A stretch of 63,985 nucleotides of DNA, filler included, from Octopus bimaculoides (GCF_001194135.2; 7 parts of 6 records of this genome joined end to end with filler, not necessarily neighbours in it); one strand, 5' to 3'; positions 39,251 through 52,828 are shown, counted from the whole stretch's first letter. Numbers and translations: made by a program. Notes: generated from the letters alone by a model not told the origin.

Positions 39251-42200
39251 GTGAGTTACTCTGACATACATCCTCTATCCAATGATAGTGAATATATATT
39301 TCCTATATTTTCCATTATGCTAATTCTATTTCTAGTTAATTTTTTAACAGCTAAAGATGTTACACTGAAAAACAAGCTTTAACTTTCAGCATTAGGGTGA
39401 ACTGTTTGCACAGTTGTTGGTTGAAGACTGAAAGCTTGCTGTCCATCACCAAATCTCTGTAAGAATTCTAATTTACTTTTTAACATTAACCTTTTTCTAG
39501 TTTTTTTCATTTTTTTTTATACTCACACATAGCAACAGAGAACAGTCTATGTTTAACCATCATTATAACTTTGATAAATGAAGGAATAAATAATTGAAAA
39601 GCAAAAATTGTGAGGAATATTTTCTACCACCACGCATTTCAAAATCAAACAATAACTAAAACTAGCTAGTTATGAATGTGACACATTTTGTAACAGTTCA
39701 CTGCTCAGCCACTTTGTATTAATTTGTACACTTGACCCTCTCCATATTTATATATTTATTTGTTCCAACTTATAATTTTCATATAATATCAAAGGCAAAT
39801 TCTGCCATAATACCATAATACACCTAAGAAAGATCAAATAGACCTGAATGTAGAAGTGTATTAAATACAATATCATGCTTTAGGTTTCATGATTTATCTT
39901 ATATTAAAAGTATGCCATGCCTTAGAAAAGATAAATCTCTATCACATAGAGAGTAAATGTATACAGATGGGCACTTAGACAACTTTTATTATAAAAATGA
40001 GTGTCTATTGTTACCCATCTATGTTTATTTACTTATTTATATATTACTCATCTGAAAATGCAAGTTTTGAGAGGCTTTGAGGATTTTTATTTTGGTTTTA
40101 TACTATTTCACATCAACATCACAAAAAAATGACATTAAGTGAGGACTGCCTTTATAGAAGGCAGTGTTCTTTGAAGTGCAACTACAAAGTACTGCAGCCT
40201 CAAGAAACCAAGTCCCACAAACTACTCCCAAAACCATTTGGGGTTTTTGTGGGTTGAGGCTTTGGGATAGTTGAGGGGTCCAAATAACTAGAAGTATGGT
40301 TTTGAACACTCATTTAGTTGTTTTGAATAGATCAGAAATGACGTTCCTTTGCTGCATACAGTAATCAGTACAGAAGCAATGAAGCACTGACCAATTAGGT
40401 AGTACAAAAGTTCATAGGAAGGAATCTTACAGTGTAGCAGAAAATGTGAAGTGGGCTTTATTGGTCAGATAATCCAATGAAAATACTGTGAAGGTAAAGT
40501 AAAGATTGTGAATGGTTGTATCAGTAAGATTTAAGGGTACGTAAGAAGATTATTCTCAGATAAATTACAGTAGCAAATGATCTGACCTCTTCACCAAAAG
40601 TGTCAATGTGAAAGGATTGTATAAGCCAAATAAATCAGGATAAACCCTACTAACTGTCATAACAGTTGAGAGTTAGCAGTGTTTGAATAGTGATGCACTA
40701 GATTAGCTTAGGAATATGAGTAATTTGATGTTAATACCTAGCTTGTTAGTAGATTCTTTGTGGTGCAGATACTAATTTTAGAAAAGAAATTGAATAGAAA
40801 GAGCAGATGTGGGTTAGAGATAATAGAAAAGATTTATATCACAGAGAGATATAGTAGGTAAAGCTTGTGTTAAAAAGCACTGGTAAAAGGAAAGGGTAAA
40901 ATAAGGATCATGAATTGACTACTACCACTATTCCTATAAGCAGCTAAACTGGAAATCAATGGTCTCAAATGGATTTCTCAAAATCCAGTCATGAAGGAGA
41001 GAGAACAGTGTATGCGTATAGAGAACCAGCTCAAGCTCTGACAACCATCAGCTTTACTGAAGGAGTGCAAATGTGTGGTAGTGCAACAGAAATGTTTAGA
41101 TAATGTTAAACTCAATACCTGGTTGTATGCAGGCAACAGAGTGAATTTTGTTAAATACATCCAAGAGCAAGGAGGTGGTGTTACACTGCCATCCAAAATG
41201 AGGTATAATATGTAAGAGAGGCTGAAGAACTTGAATTAAAGCAGCGTTTCAACAATCTATGTTGCGTTTAACAAGTGTAGCACAATTAGTAGACAAGTCT
41301 ACTCTTGTTAGAGCCATAAAGTATTTTAAGGATAAACAATTCTCACCACCAATTCTAAGATCAGACATAAGATGAATAACATTTAGCTGCTTGTAAGATA
41401 ATACTTAGATGAGGGGATGAGGAAATGATATGGTGAAACAGATACTATTTCTCCAGCATCAGGAAATACTTATATTACCAGACTTATAAAATTAAAACCA
41501 TATCTAAAAGTAAAATGAACAAATACAATACTTGAAAGACCTACTTTTACAACAAACATACACACAGACACTTATTAAAAAAACACACCACACTGCAAAC
41601 ACATGCACACACATACTGGAAATCACATAAACACTCGTGCATTCACACACATAGGATCTTTTCAATCTCAGTCGCAGATTTTTTTAATTAATTTTTTAAA
41701 ACTAAACCGTTTGAAATTTCTAATACTGGTTGAATGTGTCACATAGAACATGGTTTACTTTTAACATTTTTGACAAAATTTTGTATTTTAGAAGTTATTT
41801 CATGTTAAAGTTGTCGTATTTGGATAATTTTAACCAATGTGTATTCAGCTCAAGAAAGTTACTGCTGTTTGTGAAAGTAATGGAAGAGCAACAACATCCG
41901 GGTCATCAGGTCATCTATTTCAGACACTGCATACATATATGTAAATACACAGACACATATATATACACATACACACACCAATACATACACACACATACAA
42001 CTTTTAGAACGCTGAGGAAAGGAAAGGGAGGTGGGTGTGAGGAATACATAGCTTTAAGGAGGGATGGGGATTGTGAAGTTGATGACAGTTGTTCAAGCTG
42101 TCTATCACACACACACACACACATATTGATATGTAAAGCTGATAAAACCACAAATTGAAGCAAGGAAAAGGAGAGGGTTTAATAAATTAATATGCAATGG

Positions 42201-43895
42201 TAGGGGGGTTGGTAAGTTTATATAAGCTGTTGTCCAGATCATCGACACACCACCACTCTCTCTCTCTCTCTCTCTCTCTCTATATNNNNNNNNNNNNNNN
42301 NNNNNNNNNNNNNNNNNNNNNNNNNNNNNNNNNNNNNNNNNNNNNNNNNNNNNNNNNNNNNNNNNNNNNNNNNNNNNNNNNNNNNNNNNNNNNNNNNNNN
42401 NNNNNNNNNNNNNNNNNNNNNNNNNNNNNNNNNNNNNNNNNNNNNNNNNNNNNNNNNNNNNNNNNNNNNNNNNNNNNNNNNNNNNNNNNNNNNNNNNNNN
42501 NNNNNNNNNNNNNNNNNNNNNNNNNNNNNNNNNNNNNNNNNNNNNNNNNNNNNNNNNNNNNNNNNNNNNNNNNNNNNNNNNNNNNNNNNNNNNNNNNNNN
42601 NNNNNNNNNNNNNNNNNNNNNNNNNNNNNNNNNNNNNNNNNNNNNNNNNNNNNNNNNNNNNNNNNNNNNNNNNNNNNNNNNNNNNNNNNNNNNNNNNNNN
42701 NNNNNNNNNNNNNNNNNNNNNNNNNNNNNNNNNNNNNNNNNNNNNNNNNNNNNNNNNNNNNNNNNNNNNNNNNNNNNNNNNNNNNNNNNNNNNNNNNNNN
42801 NNNNNNNNNNNNNNNNNNNNNNNNNNNNNNNNNNNNNNNNNNNNNNNNNNNNNNNNNNNNNNNNNNNNNNNNNNNNNNNNNNNNNNNNNNNNNNNNNNNN
42901 NNNNNNNNNNNNNNNNNNNNNNNNNNNNNNNNNNNNNNNNNNNNNNNNNNNNTATATATATATATATATGTACGTATGTATGTGTGTGTATAAGTTTGTG
43001 TGTCTGTGTTTGTCCCCCAACATCACTTAACAACCGATGCTGGTGTGTTTTCATCCCTGTAACTTAGCGGTTCGGCAAAAGAGACCGATAGAATAAGTAC
43101 TAGGCTTCCAAAGAATAAGTCCTGCGGTCGATTTGCTCGACTAAAGGCAGTGCTCTAGCATGGCCACTGTCAAATGACTGAAACAAGTAAAAGAGTAAAG
43201 AGCATACACTCACTCACAGAACCAACTCAATCACACGAACACATACACTAGACTATATATTTGTACATGCACATGCACCTATGTATGTGCATGCACAGAT
43301 GCTCACATACACATCTACCCTATTCTTTCCTCCCCCTCTCCACATAACATCCTACACTCATAAATCTTTACTTGATGACAAGTAAATCCCAGCAGATCTG
43401 AGACAGAACTGACCTTGAACAAAAGGCTGAAACCTTAAAGAATTCATGAATGGCTAATGCACATATACCCACAAGCAAATATATAAGCAGTTATGCAGGT
43501 GTACACGCACAACCACACATACATATATGCACATGCACACAGACACAAACTCTTTGCTTGCTTTCACCTTCACCCTTACCTCATCTATAAACACACATCT
43601 ATATACACACATACAAACATACATACACACAAGCATAAGACCAATTCTCGGACAAACTCAGAGCAGACCTTAGAGAGAGAGAAAGTCACTGAAAAGGTCA
43701 TGAACAGCAACAAACGAAATTTGACTAACAAACAACCAGTTGATTGATTAGCCAGTTGGTTAGATATTTAACCAATTGACTAACAATAAAGTAGTAATAT
43801 TAAACTAGTATGCGTCTTATTATTATCAGTATAATAACCCTCCCAAGATACAAGGTTTCAAAAGCATATTTCTAATAAAAGCATTTACTACTTAC

Positions 43896-44056
43896 ATGTG
43901 AACTAGCTATTAATGAGGGTACTTTGTAAGCAACCAGATCACCAAGAACACGGCCCGCATATCCTCCTGCTATTAATAAGATATTGCCATATGCAACTGC
44001 TGCTGAATGACCAAAGCGTCCTACCTTTGGCATGTTAGATGTCCTAAATTCCTCCA
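43896..44056 (-). CDS. MEGF8: MEGF8 next coding exon (161 bp): last Kelch repeat of the first propeller
   Basis: Acceptor ttcag|TG completes A+TG from the previous exon (phase 1 matches). Translates EEFRTSNMPKVGRFGHSAAVAYGNILLIAGGYAGRVLGDLVAYKVPSLIASSH, compared with recalled human GRYSHVAAVLGGSVLLVAGGYSGRPRGDLMAYKVP. Donor CAT|gtaagt (phase 0). Confidence 0.93.
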
Positions 44057-44889
44057 CTGAATTTTAGAAAATACAGAAAATATTTTATAAAATACAAATG
44101 CAAAATAATAATAATATTGATGATTTGTTACATAAATATAAGTTCCCATTATGTTTAAGAGAGAAGAAAGAAAATTTGCAATACCAATATCTTTTCTAGA
44201 GATATTTCTAATGTAAGATAAGCATTTACATTTCATGTAAGCACTTAACTTAGATTGGAAATGTAATGAATGAAAATTGGAACACTTAGTTTGTTAAGAA
44301 ATCACTTATTTTTAGTGTTATTTGATTAGTGCTGAAAAAAAAAAGCATCATGAAAATCACATTATTTTATAAAATTATTAGTATTTGTTTACATGAATCT
44401 TAATTTTAAATTATACAGGAAATATGAAACAGATTTCGAACAAACTGTACAGTAGCGCTAACACAAAAATATAACAACCATATAACACAAGCTATCAACA
44501 TGACTTCAAACTTCACTTTGTGTTATTCCCAATTGAAATACCTATTACCTACTGTTCAGTTATGTAAGTCAGTTCGATATGGTAATGATATAATCTGATG
44601 GTACTACAATTCATAATATGCAAAATGTTATGAGCATTTATAATAGACTGTAACAAATTGCAAAGCAATTATTTACTTACTTATTATTTCACTAATTTGT
44701 GTGTATATATTTTTCTGAATATAAATTCTATCCAGCTTAGCATTTCATTGCATTATGACATCTTTTAAATGCATTTTCTATTTCACTTTGATTCTATTAT
44801 GATGGAATTGTCTTTTTTTCAACGGACAATCTTGGATAAAATTTATTGCCAAGCTGATACAACAAAGAAATTTAAAATGCTTTAATTCT

Positions 44890-45029
44890 GAATGATACTA
44901 TTCACAGAATGATACTATTCACAGAATGATACTATTCACAGAATGATACTATTCACAGAATGATACTATTCACAGAATGATACTATTCACAGAATGATAC
45001 TATTCACAGAAATTCTGAATGATACTATT
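44890..45029. repeat. 17-bp perfect minisatellite (7 units plus a partial) in a MEGF8 intron
   Basis: gaatgatactattcaca x7 (44890-45008), then aattctgaatgatactatt, which repeats the left flank. Confidence 0.95.
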
Positions 45030-46217
45030 AATTGTTGCTTGAAAAGCAAACTTATTTATAACATATTCAGAAGGCTGCTTCTTACAAAAAAAAATTATAA
45101 AAATTTTAAAGATCCCAAAGAAAAAAAACTACATACATATAAAGTCTAAAATCTATAGTAAAAAAAGGCACTGTGAATGCCATTAACAAATGGTTTTCTG
45201 ATATTCTACAAGCTAATATGACTGTGAAGTTAAGAAATTCACTTCACAAATATGCAGTTTTTGGTGCACTTCCAAATGCATAGAACTTTGGGAAAGTGTC
45301 TTCTTCAAAAGACTTCAATCAAACTAAAGTCTTGTGAGTGAAATTTGTAGACAGAAACTTAGCCTATGGTTGCCTGTAGCAGGGTTCACTCTGTTGCAAG
45401 GATTTAGGTCAGATCTCTGGACTGACAATAACTTCTTTTCCCACCTATTTCAAAGGCTATGAAAGGGCCTGCTCAAAAGATTAATTTAAATACTGACCAA
45501 CAAGATGACAATGTATATCTAACCAAGTGTTTTTTCCTTGGTAAAAACACTTGACACTTGAATATCTAGTTCACAACAGTTGTAAATAGAAACCAATATG
45601 AAGCACAACTCTCAACTATAAACAACAGTAACACTGTATAATTTGGAATGTTTCCTTAGATTGCAGAGCTGAGCTCAAATCTTATTCATGATTTGTAATA
45701 ATTGAATAATTACCTGAAATACTATTATATTAAAGACAAATCAAAAGACAACATCCTAAAGACTTCCTGGTAATGAAATTTAAAGACACAATCGGTGCCA
45801 TGACTGTAAACTAAAAACTGGTTTAAAATCAATCAAATATATTACTTTAAAAAAAAGTTGGATTTGATAATAAAATTTTGTGCAGTCTAAATTAAGAAGT
45901 TGTTGTACAACTCTGTATGGAAATAGAAAACCGTAGCTGAACTTGTCTGATGAAAGATAGTACAGAATCTCATATGAGAATACAAGAAATTTGGTTTCAT
46001 AATCTATTGTAAAACTGAGGGAAAAGTATCACCTTTCTTTTATATGCAACTAAACATGCACCATTATATCAACTCAGTCATTATTCTCAGTTAAAATATA
46101 TGTATTCTATTTACTTCTTTATGGTTTTATTCTGAAATTAGAAGTTAGCAATATATTGCTATACATTCAAACAGTACAGTAAAATTTTACCAAAACATAA
46201 CTTGCACAGTTACTTAC

Positions 46218-47373
46218 TTTTTGACATTATTCGTTCTTCAAGAGCTCCATGACTAACCCAAGTATGGCATCCAATATTGTATAAATATAATTCACCATCA
46301 TAGCAGATCTTCCAATCATTATGTACATGTGAGTTTCCTCCAAAGATTACAAGATAGTTACCCATTAACACAGCAGAGTGATGTGCAATTACTCTAGGCC
46401 GATGTTTGCTTTGGGTGTAAGGATGAGCCATTTTTGACCAGTATCTTTCCTTTAAATGAAAAGCATGAAGGCTATTTGTACGTTGACTAGCAGAAGCACT
46501 TTCCATCCAGAAACCTCCAAAAACTAAAAGAGAGTTTGATTCTTGGTGAAAGACAGTAGTATGGCCAGCAAGACGTCTCATAAATGTTCTTCCACCTCTG
46601 ATTTTAACATGTTCCCAAACTCCCGAGGTTAAATTTACCCGATACATATCTGAAGAAAATGATCCATTCATAAGAAGTCCTCCAAACAAATACAACCAGT
46701 TATTCACTCTTGTTAAGGTATGACTTGTCAAACTAGGTGGAGTATGGCGATTTTTTTCAGATATAAGATACCAATGACCTAAAGTAGTGTTGAACACCCA
46801 GAGTTCATCAGAGTATACTCTAGTTGCTATGATTCCACCATAAATATATAAACAATCTTCAAATTCAGCACCAGCATGTCCATAACGAGGTACAGGCCAT
46901 GGAGAGGTTTTTGAGACATTTTCCCACTGATTGGTGTTAAAGCTGTAATATAATAAATCATTAACTATCTTATTTAATGTAAAACCACCAAATATCCATA
47001 AACTATTTGACTTTGGTACAAAAATACCAATATGGCCAGTCCTAGGTGTGAAAATATTACTTGACTTTGACAAAATATACCACTGCCCTTGCCCACTGTC
47101 ATTCTTTAGCAACAGATCACAGTTTGCACCAACATAACCATCATCACAGATACAACGTTCTTTGTTGGTATCACATTTTCCATGACCATGACATAAATCA
47201 GTACTACATGAGCGCTTCTCACAGCCTTTTCCTGTAAACCAGAAATGACAAACACATGTATGATTTCGGCAGTCTCCTTGCTTACTGCAATTATATGGAC
47301 AATCTGTTATAGTGTATGTTGCATTGAATCCCTCTAAGGCATGGTTGTTATCACTGTACAAATGTATCAACAT
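46218..47373 (-). CDS. MEGF8: MEGF8 internal coding exon (1156 bp): end of CUB domain, two EGF-like repeats, Kelch repeats
   Basis: Open frame MLIHLYSDNNHALEGFNATY...CPYNCSKQGDC...GQWYILS...FGGFTLN...PRYGHAG...LAGHTTVFH...GNYLVIFGGNSHVH...CYDGELYLYNIGCHTWVS. It aligns by recall to vertebrate MEGF8 (MLLHLFSDANYNLLGFNATF...GNYMVVYGGNVHTH...CYEDGIFFYHLGCHQWVS). Acceptor tttcag precedes 47373 (phase 0); donor A|gtaagt follows 46218 (phase 1). Confidence 0.93.
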
Positions 47374-47979
47374 CTGAAATAGAATACAGAATTAAAACAT
47401 AATTTTTTAACTGATATATATGAATAAAACTTGAAACTGGAAAATAAGAAATTCTACAATAACATCTGTGCAACTGTTAAATATGAAGGTTATTTTATTA
47501 TTATATTGAAGGACATAGAGAAGTTTATGTTATCGAATTCAGAAAAGCTAACGGGGTAGGTAGAGCTATAAGGTTCGACATGGAATTTACAGGTGATTAC
47601 ACATACTGTTGGAACATATAGAAGCATATATTGTACTGTGGAATTTAGAAAGATACAGAGTACAGACAGTAAGAAAATTATCAAAAGATGTACAGTATTC
47701 TAGATGAGAAGAATCTCAAAACAATCAGTACTGATATATTTCTTGATTCTGGAAGATAAAACAATTTTTATAATGCTAAGAATATAATATTGAAAATCCA
47801 AATATGTAACAAATGGAATTGTTAACAAGAAGTATTGTGGTTTTTCTTCCTTTAAATTTTAGGTTTGTTAAATATTAGAAGATTGACAATTAACAAATGG
47901 AGGATTCTGTGAAAAATATCATGAATGAGACTGATGGTTCACAATTATTAAGGGATGTATATCAAATTTTGTGTTTGTT

Positions 47980-48545
47980 CTCTAGCTATTTTACAGATAC
48001 TCAAACACATAACATCCAAAAAAATGATTGTCATCTTCTTCAAATTTTCCTAGCTATCAGATACCATTTAATTTCTAACATATGTAAGGCCTCTAACTGT
48101 ACAAACAGTTCCTCCAGAATTAGAGGCTACTGTATGGAGTAGCCTCAAATTCTTCTATACAGTACAAGTTCTCTTGTACTGTATGGAGTACAATTGCAAC
48201 CCCAGATATGTTTCAAGGATGACTGCAAGAGAGATATGAAGTCTCTTGATAAAAGTGTTGAAAGGTAGGAGGATACTGCTAGAGATCACTCCCACTAGAG
48301 ACTGGAACAAGTCAAGAGTTTGCAAAAATAAGGAGCAGTTAAGCCTTACTGATAGAGTAAAGCAAAATCAACAGAAAAACAGCACCAAGAACAAACAGGC
48401 AGTTAATGCCTTCAAATGCCAGGACTGTTGCTCATATGTGTGCCTCCTTCATCATAGCAAACACTACTCTGCCAGCAACACCAAAGTAAGGCTTTCTAGG
48501 TTTATATCCATTGTCTGATGAGAGTAATGGACACCTCCCTAGGGA
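47980..48545 (+). mobile_element. Degenerate RTE-clade LINE 3' fragment in a MEGF8 intron
   Basis: LLYG, FKDDCKRDMKSLD and terminal FKCQDC...LLHHSKHYS resemble the RTE ORF2 C-terminus. Confidence 0.6.
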
Positions 48546-49344
48546 GCAAACATAATTTATATAAAAATATAAACTGTAATATATTTCTAAGGATAAGGAA
48601 TTAATTAAAATTTTCAAATCATAGATGCCTTCATTTTCCAACTATACATATAAACTTTTTTAAAAATGCCTGTTTGACTGACTGGAACAGTGATCTCTGA
48701 ATAAGCACTACAATCAAACCAATAAATCTGCAAAAGGGCCGTTTCTATGAGATCCTCTTGCTGACTACCCTGGTAAAAAATGACAATTACATCACAGATG
48801 TGTTGTTCTCTCTGCCTTTTCTATCACCACATTGGCCTATGCAAGTAGGAGCTGCCTGGTCTCATCCCACCCTCATTCAAGTACTCCAGACTCATTTCTC
48901 CTCCTCTTCCACCCACACATTTACGTGTATGTGTGGCAAGATGAGGAGAAATGAGTTTGGTGTACCTGAGTGGGTATTCCCTGTTCTTCCTTTATAGGAC
49001 ATCAGATTTCTGGAATTCCTTCCTTGTAGCTTTTTTCTGCAACCATCAATTACCAACAGAAGTTAAAAGTGAAACATCAACCACATCAATTTCCCTAGAC
49101 TCAGAGGGCCAGCAAAGGCCTCTCTCTAAACCAAAGTAATATTTTTTTAAAAACATATTTTCATTATCAAATACAAATTTATTATATATTTGTTGGACAT
49201 TTTGTGCAATGAATACAAATTAAATCTTTACTTGAATTTTTCCAGTTTTCAAGTAAATTTCCTGAACTTTGAAAATATTAGTGAGTGTTTCTAATCTATC
49301 CATTTTAATCCATAACAAATCTTTCCACTTCTGACAATGTGTTA

Positions 49345-49575
49345 TATTGGGTTGTCAGATAAATTCATTCATTTCTTGATATTTGCATGAACACAAAAAA
49401 TACTTTTATTGTAACATTTTATGTTTCTTTTTTGTAGTTCAATTGTTCCTCTACATCTTTCATTTATTGCTTTTGAAATTTGAATAAATTTGAAATTTGA
49501 AAACAAAATGAGCATTTTTGACATTTGTTTCTCTTCACTTTTAATCAAGATACCAAAACTGCTCAAGACAGGATT
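49345..49575 (+). mobile_element. mariner 5' fragment (TIR plus start of transposase)
   Basis: TA|tattgggttgtcagataa TIR-like start; KQNEHF*HLFLFTFNQD resembles the mariner NEHFRHxLLFxFNQG N-terminus. Confidence 0.55.
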
Positions 49576-49788
49576 CTTTCAGCTTCCATAGCTTCCTTGT
49601 GTCTCTTGGTCCATCAACCACTTACTCTGAAATCACTAATCATTAATCTATATTCAATAGTACATTTATCCCCACCAAAGACTTGCATTCATTTCTGTGA
49701 GTCTATCATGTTTTCTGGTGAATATGAAGTCAGTCTCACTTGTGTTTGCTTTTTGGAAAGTAATCAGGTAGCCAGTTAGCTCCCTTAA

Positions 49789-50831
49789 CCCTTTCGTTAC
49801 TATATTTCTGACCAAAATACACCCCTCATGAGTTTCAATTAAATTCTAAAATAATCATGAATTTCTAGTCTCATTAAACACCTGTAACTTATTTATTTAT
49901 CAACATATTAATGTGATATTTGGAACATAATTAAAGAAAGGGTTCTTAATCAATTCTATTGCATAATTTTTGTCTCTGGGGTACTGCTAGTGTCTCTCAC
50001 ATGTAAATATTGGTTCAGCTTCACAAATCATACTCGTTTATAATACTGGAAATATATTCATCACCAAAAGGTTCCTGATCGCTCCAGTAATTTGTTATTC
50101 TGGCTAACTGTCTAATACCCATAATAATATTTATGGCAAAAAATGCCCGTATTTCATCTACAGTTGCAGGAAACCACAAGCTATCTTTTTTTTTCCGGTT
50201 TGTTTACATTCTGCGTAACGGTTTATTTCCGCAGTAATCATTTCAAACAAGNNNNNNNNNNGAAAAAGAAGTCTAAAGGTTTCGCTTCCTGAGAAAGACT
50301 ATGGGTAGACCCTGTTTCCTCAGAAAAATTGTTAATAAAAATATTTTTAAAATCTTTTTCTGGTGTAAAATCATCCTTGCTGTCGCCGTTGCTGCTTTCA
50401 GAATCGCTGCTTTCAGTTTCGGATACAGAAATATCCGATTCATTATCGTTCACTAAGTGCTTTTGTAGCTCATTCATTCTTTTCTTCGATATCTCCATAC
50501 CTTCTGTTGAAAAACCTTCAAATTCGGAATCACTGCTTGATAGCATGAAACTTCTCTCCATCTTCAAAGTGGAAAAAAATCGACGCCGCAAAAAATGTGG
50601 AAAAAAATCTTCCAAAATTCACTGAGTTCAAATATCACGCCAAACAATGTCGGAGACAATAACTCAACTGTTTGCAAAGTGAAATCAGGTGTTTTAATGA
50701 ATGTACTAACGAGATTTGGGTTCAAATATACATTTAAATAACAATGGGTACGCTCAGCCGTCTATGGTCAGGTTAGTCTTATGAACCAAAAGATTTTTCG
50801 GACGGCTACGGCCGGGTTAGTAACGAAAGGG
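49789..50831 (-). mobile_element. piggyBac internal-deletion derivative with intact termini
   Basis: TTAA target duplication (49785-49788 and 50832-50835) and a perfect 14-bp TIR CCCTTTCGTTACTA. Contains an acidic N-terminal ORF (SSSDSEFEGF...NFSEETGSTHSL) and TVDEIRAFFAINIIMGIRQL..YWSD, but the catalytic core is missing. Confidence 0.9.
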
Positions 50832-51211
50832 TTAAGGTAATATTGCAAATAGGTTATTTGCATCAGAGAACATCAAGAACTATGATCCTTCTTCATTTTT
50901 CATACCATATCCATAGCCACCATGTGTACTGAAGAGGTTACTCTTGTATTAGATAACATGTCCATAAAAGTTGCCAATCATGATAATCAGCTGTCATTTG
51001 TTATAAACAACAAGAGGGCCTCATAAAATTGGTCTTTCTGTCCATCTATCAGTGATGACTGTGAAGCTTATGTAGATATATGTCATACACATATTATCCA
51101 TGACCAGCCTGAGCTTAAGTGTTCTATTGCACTCTTTTTATATCCTGGAGTTGGATAAATAATTTAACAAAACAGGGGGAAAAAAGTATTCACATGATGC
51201 ACTACGAGTAC

Positions 51212-52815
51212 TGTTACACGAGGTTAAATGCTCTATGCCAACAGCTCATAGTGAACTGCCTACCAATCAATTGCTCACCATGAGCTGCTGACTGTTCTTT
51301 ATTTTATAGCAATGTGTCAATCCACTTTTAGTCAGTTGAGGGGTGGTCGGAATACTTCCACAACATCTCCCCTCTTTAGAATCATTCTCCTCTTTTGAGA
51401 ATTAAACTCTGCTCAGAGTTTTAATATCTCTTACGCTTAGGGTTTAAATCCAGCATTTCCATTGTTTTCCATTTTCTGGTGCTAAGATGTATAGTTTCAA
51501 ATTGTTTGAGTGTTGGTACCTCAAATGTGTCATACAATGCTTCCATGGGGATTTCATTTCCTGTGACTGGTTAATATGTCTTTTATGTTTGACATTTTTT
51601 TCCTTTTACCAGGAAGAACATTCTTCCAATTTGTTTAATGATTACACCATCCTCCCAGTTTTCTTTACCATATCTATAGGTTTTAAAAAAACTTTGTCAC
51701 CTAACTTGAAGAATTTTGAAGTATATTTGTTGTTCACCTTTTTTTCTATTTTCACTCAGTATCAGCTTGTCAAAGACAGAGCTAATCTTTTTAGTTAACA
51801 TCAATTTTGCGGGTGACATTCCAGATGAGATATTTGGATCAGTATACTCTAAAAAATTGCTGAAGTGTGAAGTCATTCATTACTTCATTGTTCAACTTTA
51901 TCAATGCCCTCTTGAAAGTGTCAACAAAATACACCATTGTCTATTTGATTAAAGATAATACGGCAGAATGGTGACATATTCGATAACAAACATTTTACAA
52001 AATTTTCTGAATTCATCTGAAGTAAAATGAGTTCCATTATCAGACACAATGGTATCAGGAATACCATATCTGGCAAACAATTCCTGAAAAAACTTACTGC
52101 AACTGCAGACGTCAGCTTTTTACACTTATGCACTTTAGGCCACTTTGAAAAACTACCACAGCAAGGTAGTATGAACCCTTAAGTGAACCTGCAAAATCAA
52201 CATGCAGTCTCAACCATGGAATATCTGTTTTTGGCCATAGTTGCCATTTAGTGGTAGGTACTTTTGCAGCTAGAGTAACGCCCTTTGCATGCTTTCACTA
52301 ATTCTTCAATGTCACGGTCCATTCTTGGCCAATACACATTAATCATTTCATTCTCAAAATCCCTGGGTGACCAATGTCAAATTTCTTTAGTAATCGTTTC
52401 TGTAGTGTGGCTGACACTACAACTCATTGTGCGTACATCAATATATTGTCACACATTGAGAACTGGTTCACATTTGTGTTGCACATATTTTTATCTCTTT
52501 TAGTCTTTAGCATTTCTTTCATTTTTTTATGAATTGATCGTTTTTTGCTTTTAATTTTATGGCTTGTAATGTGACTGGAAGTTCATGAATGACATTACAC
52601 AAAACATTTTTAATTTCATTTCCTGCTTGCAACACAGCAATCACAGTATTTTCAAATGGATCAGCATTTTTAAAATTAGTCTTGATACACAATCAGTGTG
52701 TCCTAATAGCTTAGATGGTATATACTCCATCTTAAAATCATAGTTTAATAATATAGTACCCCAGTGTTGCAACCTATTAGCAGTAAGGGTAGAGATTCCT
52801 TTTTTTTTTTAAAAC
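51212..52815 (-). mobile_element. Ty3/Gypsy LTR retrotransposon remnant: RNase H end, integrase, PPT and probable 3' LTR
   Basis: TANRLQHWGTILLNYDFKMEY..GHTDCVSRLI; GHPG..YWPRMDRDIEELVKAC; PWLRLHVDFAG; LFARYGIPDTIVSDNGTHFTS; WEDGVI...KRHINQ. PPT aaagaggggaga (51377-51366) is followed by TGTTG, with a candidate LTR end TAACA at 51212. Confidence 0.85.
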
Positions 52816-52828
52816 CATATATAGATAA

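Noticed and set aside
41730-42158. 142-aa plus ORF, or a minus-strand MEGF8 PSI exon here
   Set aside because: No Cys pattern, the candidate minus frames hit stops, and the ORF runs into simple repeats.
47371-47373. ATG at the start of the large MEGF8 exon as a translation start
   Set aside because: It is directly preceded by a canonical acceptor, corresponds to an internal Met of the CUB domain in the recalled vertebrate sequence, and no signal peptide follows.
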